NCBI GenBank assembly: GCA_963422645.2
Contig: CAXXVO010000013.1
Location: 1 to 64,000, forward strand
Reading direction: 5' to 3'
DNA length: 64,000 nt
From: Alphaproteobacteria bacterium
Lineage (GTDB): Bacteria > Pseudomonadota > Alphaproteobacteria > UBA828
Position 1 is the first letter of the stretch, and every line of letters starts with the position of its first letter. Both the position numbers and the translations under genes were made by a program. The notes below the pieces were generated by a model. The model saw nothing but the letters and a program-made list of their open reading frames with translations, was not told where the DNA came from and searched no databases. Positions 20,626-29,535 of this stretch are shown here, piece by piece.

Positions 20626-20652
20626 GATAGTAGTCTGTGACGTTCGTGGAGA

Positions 20653-21135
20653 CCTTCGTGGACCCCAGCCTCTTCGACGGCGCCTGCTACCGCGCGGCCA
20701 ACTGGCGCTGTCTCGGCGAGACCGGGGGCGGCAAGGGCAAGACCCGCAAAAGCGTCTACGTCTACCCGCTGACGCCGGACTTCCGCTCGATCCTGCTCGA
20801 AGGCCCGCGGCCGGCGCGGCGCGGGAACAGGACACGGCCGGCAGCGCTGGCGCCGGACGATCCCTTCGTGGCGCTGTGGCAGGACCTGATCGGCGCACTG
20901 GCGGCGGTGGCCGCCGATCACGACCGGGTGTGGCAGAGCCGCCGGCGGGTCCTCGACACCCTTCTCGTCATGCTCTTCATCTTCCGGCTGGCGTTCTCGA
21001 ACGGCCGCGCGGGCTACGCCACGACGCTGGCCGGGCTGTGGGAGCAGTGCCGGGTCCTGGGCGTCGCACTGCCGCAGCCGGCGCCGGTCTCGGCCTCGGC
21101 GATGTGCATGGCGCGGGCCAAGGTCGACGAGGCGG
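20653..21135 (+). pseudogene. DUF4338-IS4 fusion, 3' part, truncated before the DDE domain
   Basis: TFVDPSLFDGACYRAANWRCLGET...VYVYPL, then WQSRRRVLDTLLVMLFIFRL...SAMCMARAK. Confidence 0.8.
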
Positions 21136-21920
21136 TGAGCGCGCGCGCTTCCACAGCATCCAGAACCTGGTCCGCAACCGTGCGCCCGAAGCGCGCCAGC
21201 CAGGCCCGCGGCATCGCATCGTTGTTCCGGATTGTCCCCACGGCCTCGCCGTCGACGATCATCGCGCGTATCGGATTGCTCAGGGTGAGCGTCAGGGTTT
21301 CGCCGTCGTCGTCATGCGCGTCGTCGAGTACCGGCACCGAAATGGTCTTCGACGTCTCACCGCGCTCGAAGATGAGCGTCCCGCTCGTCGCCGTGTAGTC
21401 CGAGCCCGCCGTCGCCGTGCCGTCCGACGTCGCATAGTCCACCTTGACCCGGTAGGGCGCTGTCCCGCTCAGCGTCACGACAAATGCAAGCGCGGCGCCC
21501 GGCCCTTCCTCGACCTCGGCGTCCGCCACCGTGACGTCGTGATCCGGCCCCGGCACGGTAATGGATGCCGCGGTGGAGAGCGGCGTGCCATCATCCGCCG
21601 TGCAGATCGCTCCATGCTCGCTGCAGTCCTGTATGGCCGCCAGGGACAATGACAGCGGCTGCTGCGATGTCGGCGTCACCCTGATCGCCCACAGGTCCTT
21701 GCGCCGTTCGCCGCCGCTTCCCTTGACGCGCCACACCTTGTCAACGGCACCGCCGGTCACCGACAGGGCGTAGTCGCGGAAGTACCTCGCGTTGATGGTC
21801 ACGGGGTCGCTGAATTTCACGCGGACCGTGAACTTCCTGCCGTCTCCGGAGTGGCCGGGCGGAAATTTGACCCATTCGGCCGTCAATTTCGGCCCGGTGG
21901 GCGGTTTCTTCCGTTTCACA
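21135..21920 (-). pseudogene. Internal fragment of a Calx-beta surface protein
   Basis: VTVADAEVEEG...VDYATSDGTATAGSDY...VPVLDDAHDDDGETLTLTLSN; MPRAWLARFGRTVADQV. Confidence 0.85.
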
Positions 21921-23426
21921 GCCTGCGGCTGCCAAGGCCCAGTCCCCGCGCCTGGCCCAGGGTCCGGGACGCCCTCATCCGCCAACGCGCTATCGGCACC
22001 GACGTGCTCGAAGCCTGCCACGGCCGAGGCCTCCTCTACGCCGATGACAGGATCAACGCCGTCTTCATCTGCCGAAACGCCAGCGGGCACACGACCGGCG
22101 CCGAGATCCTCGGCACCGCGCCGCAGCCCGGAACAAAACGCTTCAGGGGCATGGCCCCGGGATCGCGCAAGGCGCGTGGCGGCTTCTGGCTCCACTGCGA
22201 CCGAAACCAGCCCGCCCTCGTCATCCTCACCGAGAGCGCCGTCGACGCCATCTCTGCACGAAGCCTGCGCGTCGAGGGGACGCGCGAGAACGGCGCCGTC
22301 GTCGCCTCAACCGCCGGCATCGCCAGCTCGGTCCCGCCCTGGATCAAGGAGTGGAAGCCACGTCGCATCGTCTGTGCCTACGACGCAGACAGCGCCGGCG
22401 ACACTGCCGCCGAGCATCTCGTGCTCAACGATCCAAGGGTGAAAAGGTTGCGCCCACGACACGCCAAGGACTGGAACGAGATGCTCCTGCGGTCTCGATG
22501 AAAGCCAGGCCACTCACCGCTCTCGCAGATCAACCAAGCGCCGCATCACGAACATCAAATAATCCGAAAACCGCACCATCAAATGCTGGGCGCACGCTCA
22601 ACCCTGGAACGGGGCGCTCTTCCGCCGCCACCTCGAAGGCCGGTCCGACGCCGACTGGCCCGCGGCCGTGCTCGGAGGCCCGGTGCGCGGCGCCATCGGC
22701 GCACGCTCCCGAACCGTCCGCCTCTCCGCAGAAACCGCCGCAAAGCAGGCCAGGCGACACCCCGATCTCGAACCCGCAGACTACGCCCGCCTCCAGCGCA
22801 TCCTCGATCAAGGGGAGATGTTCGTGGAGGACAACGGCCGTTTCGCGCAGGGCTTCCTCGAAGAGGACGGGCGCCTGTGGAAGGCCGTCGTCAAGTCGGC
22901 CGCAGGTGGCGACGAGGCCTACATCGTGAGCCTGCACAGGTCGAAGGCCGCTGACCTCGATGTCACAAGGCGACGCTTCGGGCCGATCAGGAGGGATGGG
23001 AAGTGAGGCGCCGGGCGGGTCGCAAACCCCGCGCTCGCCCGAAGGCATGAGAGGACTGCTGCTTCCGACGCCACGCTCACCCTACGCGCCGCCGCACGCC
23101 ATCTCAAGCCGATTCAGCGCCCCGGCGCGGGCCGCCGCCAGCCTCGCGGGACGGGCGCCACGCACCGGATTTTCCAGCCGAATCCGATACCCCGAAACCG
23201 ACCCGATTTGCCGCCGTCGCAAGACCCCTGAAACGCCCCGAAAATTGCCGTTTCCAGCCAATTCACGGCCTCTGCACGGCCCGATTCGCAAAGACTTCCG
23301 TCCGCACGCCAGCCGCCGCACCGCCACCGTGCCGCCGCGCATCCCCTTGAGATTCCGCCACCTTCCGCCCGATTCCGCCTGATTCCACCCCTTGACCCGA
23401 TTCACAACGACTTTCGTCCGTCTACA
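21921..23426 (+). mobile_element. Partial inverted copy of the 56507-63015 element (3' Toprim gene, internal end, MuF C-terminus, outer end)
   Basis: 21921-22600 = reverse complement of 57667-58346; 22601-23426 = reverse complement of 56507-57332. Confidence 0.95.
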
Positions 23427-23467
23427 AGGGCGTCGACCCGGCGCTGGGTGAGGCGGATGGGTGGCAT
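23427..23467 (-). pseudogene. First ~14 codons of an Arm-domain tyrosine integrase, cut by the transposon end
   Basis: MPPIRLTQRRVDAL after a GGAG RBS; similar to MPTLRLVERRILAL at 35083. Confidence 0.55.
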
Positions 23468-23477
23468 GATCGCACGT

Positions 23478-23613
23478 CTCCGATCTGTTGCAGCGGGGTG
23501 CGGAACGGGCTTGCATTCCGCGCCCGGTGGCAATAGAAACGGAAGACCATCGCAATCAAATCAGCCACTTAGCACCGAAGGTGCGTGTTTCCGTGCAAGA
23601 CGGAATCGCTCTA
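23478..23613 (-). repeat. Integrase-leader / element-end repeat, copy B
   Basis: Inverted near-identical copy of 16727-16862. Confidence 0.85.
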
Positions 23614-23655
23614 ACGACCACGACGACCTACGCGGCCGCTGACCCGAGTTTCGGG

Positions 23656-24711
23656 CTAGATGCGGAGGCGCTCTCGCGAGATCTGGATGAGGCGCGCGAG
23701 GCCGTGCGGCTCGACGATCAGGATCACGATGATGATGCCGCCGAAGATGATCACCTCGATATGCTTGGCGAGGTCGACGGCAAGGTCGATGCCGAGGATC
23801 GGGTTCAGGTTGGTGAGGAAAATCGGCAGCATGGTGATGAAGGCTGCGCCGATGATGGAACCGGCGATCGAGCCCAGGCCGCCGATGATAATCATGAAGA
23901 GCACGAGGAAGGAAATGTTGACGTCGAAGGCGATGGTCTCGGCGCTGCCGAGATAGAGGAAGACGAAGAGCGAACCGGCGACGCCGCAGAGATAGGAGCT
24001 CACCGCGAAGGCGAGCAGCTTGGTGCGCAACAAGGGGATGCCGACGATCTCGGCGGCAATGTCCATGTCCCGCACCGCCATCCAGGCACGGCCGAAGCGG
24101 CTCCGCATCAGATTGCGGGCGAGGAAGACGAAGAGCGCAACGAAGACCAGCGCCACCAGATAGCGCACCTCGGCGGTGGCTTCGGGCCCCGTGATCATGA
24201 CGCCCGCGAATTCGCGCGGCGGCGCCGTGATCGTGCCGGACGGGTTATTGTTGTAGAACCAGGGCACCCGGTTGAAGAGCCAGATCAGGAAGAACTGCGC
24301 CGCCAGCGTGGCGACCGCCAGATAGAAGCCCTTGATGCGCAGGCTCGGCAGCCCGAACAGGATGCCGACGCCGGCCGCGAAGAAGCCCGAGATGAAGAAG
24401 ATGGCGATGATGTCGACCCCGGGCCACGCGGTCGTCATCTTGTAGGTGGCGTAGGCGCCGACCGCCATGAAGCCGCCGGTACCGAGGGAGAGCTGGCCGG
24501 CGAAGCCGGTGAGCAGATTGAGCCCGAGGGCCGCGATCGCGAATACCAGGAAGGGGATCAGGATCGCCTGCAGCCAATACTCGTTGGCAAGCGTCGGCAC
24601 CGCGAACAGGGCGAGCAGCAAGATCACGGTCACGAAGACCGTGTTGATCGAGCGCGAGCGGGTCGCGAAGAAGGCGGCGTAGAGGTCGGTGAAATAGGTG
24701 AGCACGGTCAC
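23656..24711 (-). CDS. Branched-chain amino acid type ABC permease (LivM-like)
   Basis: GLNLLTGFAGQLSLG, LRIKGFYLAVATLA, AVRDMDIAAE, IIGGLGS. Confidence 0.9.
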   Translation of the reverse strand: MTVLTYFTDLYAAFFATRSRSINTVFVTVILLLALFAVPTLANEYWLQAILIPFLVFAIAALGLNLLTGFAGQLSLGTGGFMAVGAYATYKMTTAWPGVDIIAIFFISGFFAAGVGILFGLPSLRIKGFYLAVATLAAQFFLIWLFNRVPWFYNNNPSGTITAPPREFAGVMITGPEATAEVRYLVALVFVALFVFLARNLMRSRFGRAWMAVRDMDIAAEIVGIPLLRTKLLAFAVSSYLCGVAGSLFVFLYLGSAETIAFDVNISFLVLFMIIIGGLGSIAGSIIGAAFITMLPIFLTNLNPILGIDLAVDLAKHIEVIIFGGIIIVILIVEPHGLARLIQISRERLRI

Positions 24712-25646
24712 ACCCGCTCGATGATCTTTTCGCCGAACAGGCCCTGGGGCCGGAACATGAGAACCAGCATCGCCAGCATGTAGGCGAACCAGTTCTCGAT
24801 CGCGCCGCCGATCACCGGGCCCCAATAGACCTCGGCGACCTTCTCACCGAGGCCGATGATAAGCCCGCCGACGATCGCGCCGGGAACCGAGGTCAGCCCG
24901 CCCAGGATCAGCACGGGCAGCGCCTTCAGCGCGATCAGCGACAGGCTGAATTGCACGCCGCTCTTCGCCCCCCACATGATGCCGGCGACGATGGCGACGA
25001 TCCCGGCCACCGACCACACGATGATCCAGATGGTTCTGAGCGAGATGCCGAGGGAGAGCGCCGCCTGCGGATCGTCGGCCACCGCCCTGAGCGCGCGCCC
25101 CATCGGCGTGTACTGGAAGATCAGCGCCAACACCCCCACCAGCACCGCCGCCACCAGGGCGGCGATGAGATCGAATTCGTTGAGCAGCATGCCGCCAACG
25201 TCGACCGGAGAGGTCGGGATGCCCAGATCCAGCGCCTTCACGTTGGAGCCCCAGAGCCACTCGCCGGCGCCCTCGAGCAGGAAGCTCAGCCCGATGGTCG
25301 CCATGAAGAGCGTGATCGGCGGCTGATTGATCAACGGGCGCAACATCCCGCGCTCGATCGCGACGGCGAGCGCGACCATGACGACTGCCGTGAGCGGCAA
25401 CGCGCCCCAGATCGGGAGACCATGCTCCATCAGCCCAACCAGGGTCAGCGCGGCGAACAGAACCATCGCGCCCTGGGCGAAGTTGAATACCTGGGAGGCC
25501 TTGAAGATGAGCACGAAGCCGAGCGCCACCAGCGAATACATCACGCCGGTGAGCAGACCGGAGACCGCGACCTCGGCCAGGAATATCGGGAACTCGATCA
25601 TGTCGATGAAGGGCGCGACGAAGAAGTCCCAGAGGAACTCCATCAC
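24708..25646 (-). CDS. Branched-chain amino acid type ABC permease (LivH-like)
   Basis: YSLVALGFVLIFKAS..FNFAQG, GRALRAVADD, RPQGLFG. Confidence 0.92.
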   Translation of the reverse strand: MMEFLWDFFVAPFIDMIEFPIFLAEVAVSGLLTGVMYSLVALGFVLIFKASQVFNFAQGAMVLFAALTLVGLMEHGLPIWGALPLTAVVMVALAVAIERGMLRPLINQPPITLFMATIGLSFLLEGAGEWLWGSNVKALDLGIPTSPVDVGGMLLNEFDLIAALVAAVLVGVLALIFQYTPMGRALRAVADDPQAALSLGISLRTIWIIVWSVAGIVAIVAGIMWGAKSGVQFSLSLIALKALPVLILGGLTSVPGAIVGGLIIGLGEKVAEVYWGPVIGGAIENWFAYMLAMLVLMFRPQGLFGEKIIERV

Positions 25647-26470
25647 GCATCATCCTCGGTCGCGACGCCCAGATAGGCGTCGATCACCGTCTGGTCGTTG
25701 CGCACCTCGTCGGGCGTCCCGTCCGCGATCTTGCGGCCGTAGTCGAGCACGACAATGTGGTCGGAGAGCTCCATGACCACGCTCATGTCGTGCTCGATCA
25801 GGGCCATCGTCGTGCCGAAGCGCGCCTTGGTCTCGAGGATGAAGCGGCTCATCTCGGCCTTTTCGCCCCGGTTCATCCCGGCCATGGGCTCGTCGAGCAG
25901 AAGCAAATCCGGCTCGGCCGCAAGAGCGCGCGCAAGCTCCACCCGCTTCTGCAGGCCGTATGGCAGACGGCCCACCGGCACGTTGCGGATATCCTCAATC
26001 TCGAGGAAGCTGATGACTTCATCGGCAGCGTCGCGGTGGCGCGCTTCCTCGGCCCGCGCCGGCCCCACCGGTAGCAGACAGGCGACGAAATTGCTGCGCA
26101 TCTTGAGGTTGCGGCCGGCCATGACGTTGTCGAGCGTGCTCATGCCCTTGAACAGCGCGACGTTCTGAAAGGTGCGGGCCATGCCCTCCACGGCGGCAAC
26201 GCGCGGGTGCATCTTGCGGCGCGTGCGCCCCTTGAAGGTGATCGTCCCCTCGGTCGGCTGGTAGGCGCCGTTCAGCACGTTGAGCATGGAGGTCTTGCCG
26301 GCGCCGTTGGGCCCGATGATCGCGCAAATCTCGCCGGCATAGATGGTGAATTCGACGCCGGCCAGCGCTTGGACACCGCCGAAGCGAAGCGCGATGTCCT
26401 GGACGCTCAGCAGCGGCGTGCCAGGAGCGGGGTGCTCGTGTGCCCTATCAGCCGGCATGGTCGCCTTCAT
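25643..26470 (-). CDS. ABC ATP-binding protein (LivG-like)
   Basis: GPNGAGKT, RTFQN, LPYGLQKRVELARAL, LDEP, AYLG. Confidence 0.92.
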   Translation of the reverse strand: MKATMPADRAHEHPAPGTPLLSVQDIALRFGGVQALAGVEFTIYAGEICAIIGPNGAGKTSMLNVLNGAYQPTEGTITFKGRTRRKMHPRVAAVEGMARTFQNVALFKGMSTLDNVMAGRNLKMRSNFVACLLPVGPARAEEARHRDAADEVISFLEIEDIRNVPVGRLPYGLQKRVELARALAAEPDLLLLDEPMAGMNRGEKAEMSRFILETKARFGTTMALIEHDMSVVMELSDHIVVLDYGRKIADGTPDEVRNDQTVIDAYLGVATEDDA

Positions 26471-27287
26471 CCGACTGAGCGGACGCGGCGTGCGAGAGGC
26501 CGAGATAGTGCTCTCTCACCGCCGGGTTGCCGTGGAGCTCCGCTGCCGTGCCTTCCAGCGCGATCTGGCCGCTCTCCAGAATATAGCCGTAGCCGGCCAC
26601 GCCGAGGGCCATGTTGGCGTTCTGCTCGGCAAGCAGGAACGTCACCCCCTCTTCCTGGTTGAGCTGGCGAACCTCCGCGAAGATGCGGGCGACCACCTGC
26701 GGCGCGAGACCCATGGACGGCTCGTCCAGGAGGACCATGGCCGGCCGCGACATCAGCGCCCGGCCGATGGCGAGCATCTGCTGCTCCCCGCCCGAAATGA
26801 AGCCCGCCAGGATTCGACGCCTCTCGGCGAGCGCGGGGAAGTGCGCGTAGACCCGGTCCAGGTCGGCGCGCACCGCGGCCTTGCCGTCCTTCCTGGTATA
26901 GGAGCCGGTCAGCAGGTTTTCGTGAACCGTGAGGTGGGGGAAGCAGCGTCGCCCCTCCATCACCTGGATGATGCCGCGGCGCACGAGGTCGCCTGGCGCG
27001 AGCCGGTCGATACGCTCGCCCCGGAAGTGGATTTGGCCCCCGGTGATGTCGCCCCGTTCGACGCGCAACAGGTTGGAGATCGCCTTCAACGTCGTCGTCT
27101 TGCCGGCGCCGTTGGGTCCCAACAGGGCGACGATCGCCCCCTCGGGAACCGCGATGGAGACACCGCGCAGGACCGAAATCACATGGTCGTAGACGACCTC
27201 GACCGCGTCGAGCCGCAATAATACTTCAGGGGCGGCGGCGCTTTCCGCATCGCCGCCCCTGGCCGTATTCTCGGCAGGAAGGGTCAC
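26448..27287 (-). CDS. ABC ATP-binding protein (LivF-like)
   Basis: GPNGAGKT, EGRR, SGGEQQMLAIGRAL, DEPSMGLAP, EQN. Confidence 0.92.
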   Translation of the reverse strand: MTLPAENTARGGDAESAAAPEVLLRLDAVEVVYDHVISVLRGVSIAVPEGAIVALLGPNGAGKTTTLKAISNLLRVERGDITGGQIHFRGERIDRLAPGDLVRRGIIQVMEGRRCFPHLTVHENLLTGSYTRKDGKAAVRADLDRVYAHFPALAERRRILAGFISGGEQQMLAIGRALMSRPAMVLLDEPSMGLAPQVVARIFAEVRQLNQEEGVTFLLAEQNANMALGVAGYGYILESGQIALEGTAAELHGNPAVREHYLGLSHAASAQSDEGDHAG

Positions 27288-28654
27288 ATTTCCTGCGAGC
27301 AGTCGCGCGGCGTGATGTTGTTCTCGGCCGCGTACTTGGCAGCGTCCGCCTCGATCATCGGGCGCACGACATCCTGCATCGGCGAGATCCAGTCGCTGAC
27401 GATATTCCAGGCCGAGCCGTCCCACTGCTGGATGATCACGGGGCCGTTGCCCTCGTGGTCCTCGCAGGTGATCTTTACCGGCGGGGTGAAGCCGGCGAGC
27501 CCGATCTCCGCCAGCCGCTCCTCGGTCAGGTCGAGGTTCTCGAGACCCCAGCGCACCTCGGCGCCGGTCAGAGACCGATTGCCGTACTTGCCCATGGCGG
27601 TGCGGATCGCCTCGGTCGTGAAGACGGAGGCGAGGAGCCCGCGGTTGTAAAGAACCTCACCGAAGTTGTTCTCAGCCGCCGCCTCCGCATCGCCGCCGTA
27701 GATGGTTTGCAAGATCTGGTCATGAAGCGGGAAGCCCGCGCCCGGCGCGTGGAACGAGCCGCCGCGATAACCGATAGCAGCGTCGCCGGCCGGCACCACG
27801 TCGGATTCGCTCGCCGACCACCAGACGCCGATCAGCTTCTCCATGGGATAGGCGATGGCGGCAGCTTCCTTGATCGCCACCTGGTTCATCACGCCCCAGC
27901 CCCAGATGAAGGTCCAGTCGGGCTTGATCTTGCGGATCTGCAGCCAGGTCGCCCGCTGCTCCTGCCCCGGATGATCGACCGGGAGCAATTCCAGGGTGTA
28001 GCCGTACTTCTCGGCCAACACCTGGAGGGTTGGGATCGGCTCCTTGCCGTACGGGCTGTTGTGGTAGACCAGCGTGATCGTCTTGCCCGCCAGATTATCC
28101 ATGCCGCCTTCTTGGGCACCGACATACTTGACGAAGGCCGAGGCCTGGCTCCAGTAGGTGGTGGGGAAGGTGAAGGTCCACGGGAAGACCCGCCCGTCGG
28201 ACGCCGCAGTCTGCCCGTACCCCATGGAGTGCACCGGAATCTGATCCACGGGCGCCCTCGGGTTGAGCTGGTAGGTCACACCGGTGGACAAGGGCATGAT
28301 CAGCGACGCCCCTGTGGGTCCGTTGTTCTTGAGGCGCTCGTAGCACTCGACGCCGAGCTTGGTGTCGTAGCGGTACTCGCACTCCTCGTAGGTGAGCGTG
28401 ACGCCGTTGACGCCGCCGTCCCGCTCGTTGATCAGGTTGTAATAGTCGAGGGCGCCATTCGCCACCGGGATGCCGTTAGGGGCATACGGCCCGGTCCGGT
28501 AGACAAGCAAGGGAATGAACTGCTCGTCGGCCGCCCGCACCTCGGTGCTCGTGAGAGTCGTCGTGGCCGCCACCGAAAGTCCGCCGGCAACCACCGCCGC
28601 AGCCAGCACTCCGCCGATGCCGCGACGCAATCCGTTCCTCAATGCCATTTCCAT
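27284..28654 (-). CDS. ABC substrate-binding protein (Peripla_BP_6 type)
   Basis: Signal peptide; YRTGPYAPNG, ECYERLK, YHNSPYGKEP. Confidence 0.9.
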   Translation of the reverse strand: MEMALRNGLRRGIGGVLAAAVVAGGLSVAATTTLTSTEVRAADEQFIPLLVYRTGPYAPNGIPVANGALDYYNLINERDGGVNGVTLTYEECEYRYDTKLGVECYERLKNNGPTGASLIMPLSTGVTYQLNPRAPVDQIPVHSMGYGQTAASDGRVFPWTFTFPTTYWSQASAFVKYVGAQEGGMDNLAGKTITLVYHNSPYGKEPIPTLQVLAEKYGYTLELLPVDHPGQEQRATWLQIRKIKPDWTFIWGWGVMNQVAIKEAAAIAYPMEKLIGVWWSASESDVVPAGDAAIGYRGGSFHAPGAGFPLHDQILQTIYGGDAEAAAENNFGEVLYNRGLLASVFTTEAIRTAMGKYGNRSLTGAEVRWGLENLDLTEERLAEIGLAGFTPPVKITCEDHEGNGPVIIQQWDGSAWNIVSDWISPMQDVVRPMIEADAAKYAAENNITPRDCSQEM

Positions 28655-28819
28655 CCTCCCGCGTCAGGACCCAACGTGCCCAGGGGGCACGCCCATCGTT
28701 CCGCGCGCAAGGTAGCACGGAGAAACGCCTGCGGCCATTTTTTGCGCGGAGAATTTTCTCGCTGTACGCATTGATACGAATGCGCCGCCAAATTGTTCGA
28801 ACAAGACCGCGCCACTAGC

Positions 28820-28860
28820 AAAGGGGGGGCGAGCCCTTCGGCCCGCGCCCCGCTCTCTTT
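28820..28860 (-). terminator. Probable intrinsic terminator after the Hsp20 gene
   Basis: GC-rich hairpin flanked by AAA/TTT tracts. Confidence 0.45.
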
Positions 28861-28896
28861 GCCAGGACCGCGAGGCGACCTCGCGGTCGAGGTGAA

Positions 28897-29349
28897 CTAG
28901 GAGGCCTTGCGGTCGATCCGCCTCTGGCCGCCGGTCTCGATGGCGATCTTGCGCGCCTTGAGCGCTTCAGGGAGTTCGCGCACGAGGTCAATGTGCAGCA
29001 ACCCCTTGTCGAGCGCCGCGCCCGTCACCTGGATGTGATCGGCGAGGTTGAAGCGCCGCTCGAACGCGCGGGTAGCGATGCCACGGTGGAGATAGCTCTC
29101 GTTCGCGCCATTCTCCTTGGCGAGCTTGCCCGCGACGGTGAGCAGGTTCTCCTTCACCTCGATGCCGATCTCGTCATCGCCGAAGCCGGCGACAGCCAGC
29201 GTCACGCGGTAAGCGTTCTCGCTCATCTTCTGGATGTTGTAGGGCGGATAGGTGGGCGCCGTCTCGCTCGGCATCTGCTCGAGCATCCGGGCCATCCGGT
29301 CGAAACCGACTGTGGTGCTGAAGAGCGGGGAAAGATCGAATGCACGCAT
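28897..29349 (-). CDS. ibpA: Small heat-shock protein Hsp20
   Basis: FDLSPLF...GFDR, YPPYNI, LAVAGF, YLHRGIATRAFERRF, GLLHIDLVRE. Confidence 0.93.
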   Translation of the reverse strand: MRAFDLSPLFSTTVGFDRMARMLEQMPSETAPTYPPYNIQKMSENAYRVTLAVAGFGDDEIGIEVKENLLTVAGKLAKENGANESYLHRGIATRAFERRFNLADHIQVTGAALDKGLLHIDLVRELPEALKARKIAIETGGQRRIDRKAS

Positions 29350-29453
29350 GGTGTGACTCCTTTCTCAAGCAAGTCTGTCTGTGGTCCGCCGTTATGGCCG
29401 AACCGGGTCCATGCCCTGTCGGGGGCCCATTCTGCGGCACCCCCTGGGGCAAC
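29350..29453 (-). promoter_or_regulatory. ROSE-type RNA thermometer 5' UTR
   Basis: SD-sequestering hairpin GACUUGCUU-gaga-AAGGAGUC (29355-29375) with the UUGCU motif, preceded by further hairpins. Confidence 0.8.
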
Positions 29454-29457
29454 CATG

Positions 29458-29486
29458 AGTTGGTAATGGCGAGCGGGGGTTTCAAG
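29458..29486 (-). promoter_or_regulatory. Putative RpoH (sigma-32) promoter
   Basis: CTTGAA-N17-CCAACT upstream of the ibpA leader. Confidence 0.55.
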
Positions 29487-29535
29487 AGTCTGCGAGCACG
29501 AGCAACGCTGGACCTCCCGACGGCGCTGCGCCACG

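Larger units (their letters stand above)
17828..20652 (-). mobile_element. Large serine recombinase element integrated in the DUF4338 gene
   Basis: 7-bp direct repeat GTGGAGA at 17821-17827 and 20646-20652; excision restores the host reading frame. Confidence 0.88.

Noticed and set aside
17110-21135. DUF4338 gene as a Druantia (DruA) anti-phage component
   Set aside because: It continues into an IS4-like transposase N-terminus and no other Druantia genes are present; better explained as an IS.
21014-22195. 393-aa ORF as a real gene
   Set aside because: Chimeric read-through of antisense Toprim DNA, a Calx-beta fragment and antisense IS4 DNA.
23640-23670. Possible premature stop at the LivM C-terminus (RLRI*)
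   Set aside because: At most a few residues would be affected and the downstream codons do not convincingly continue the family tail.
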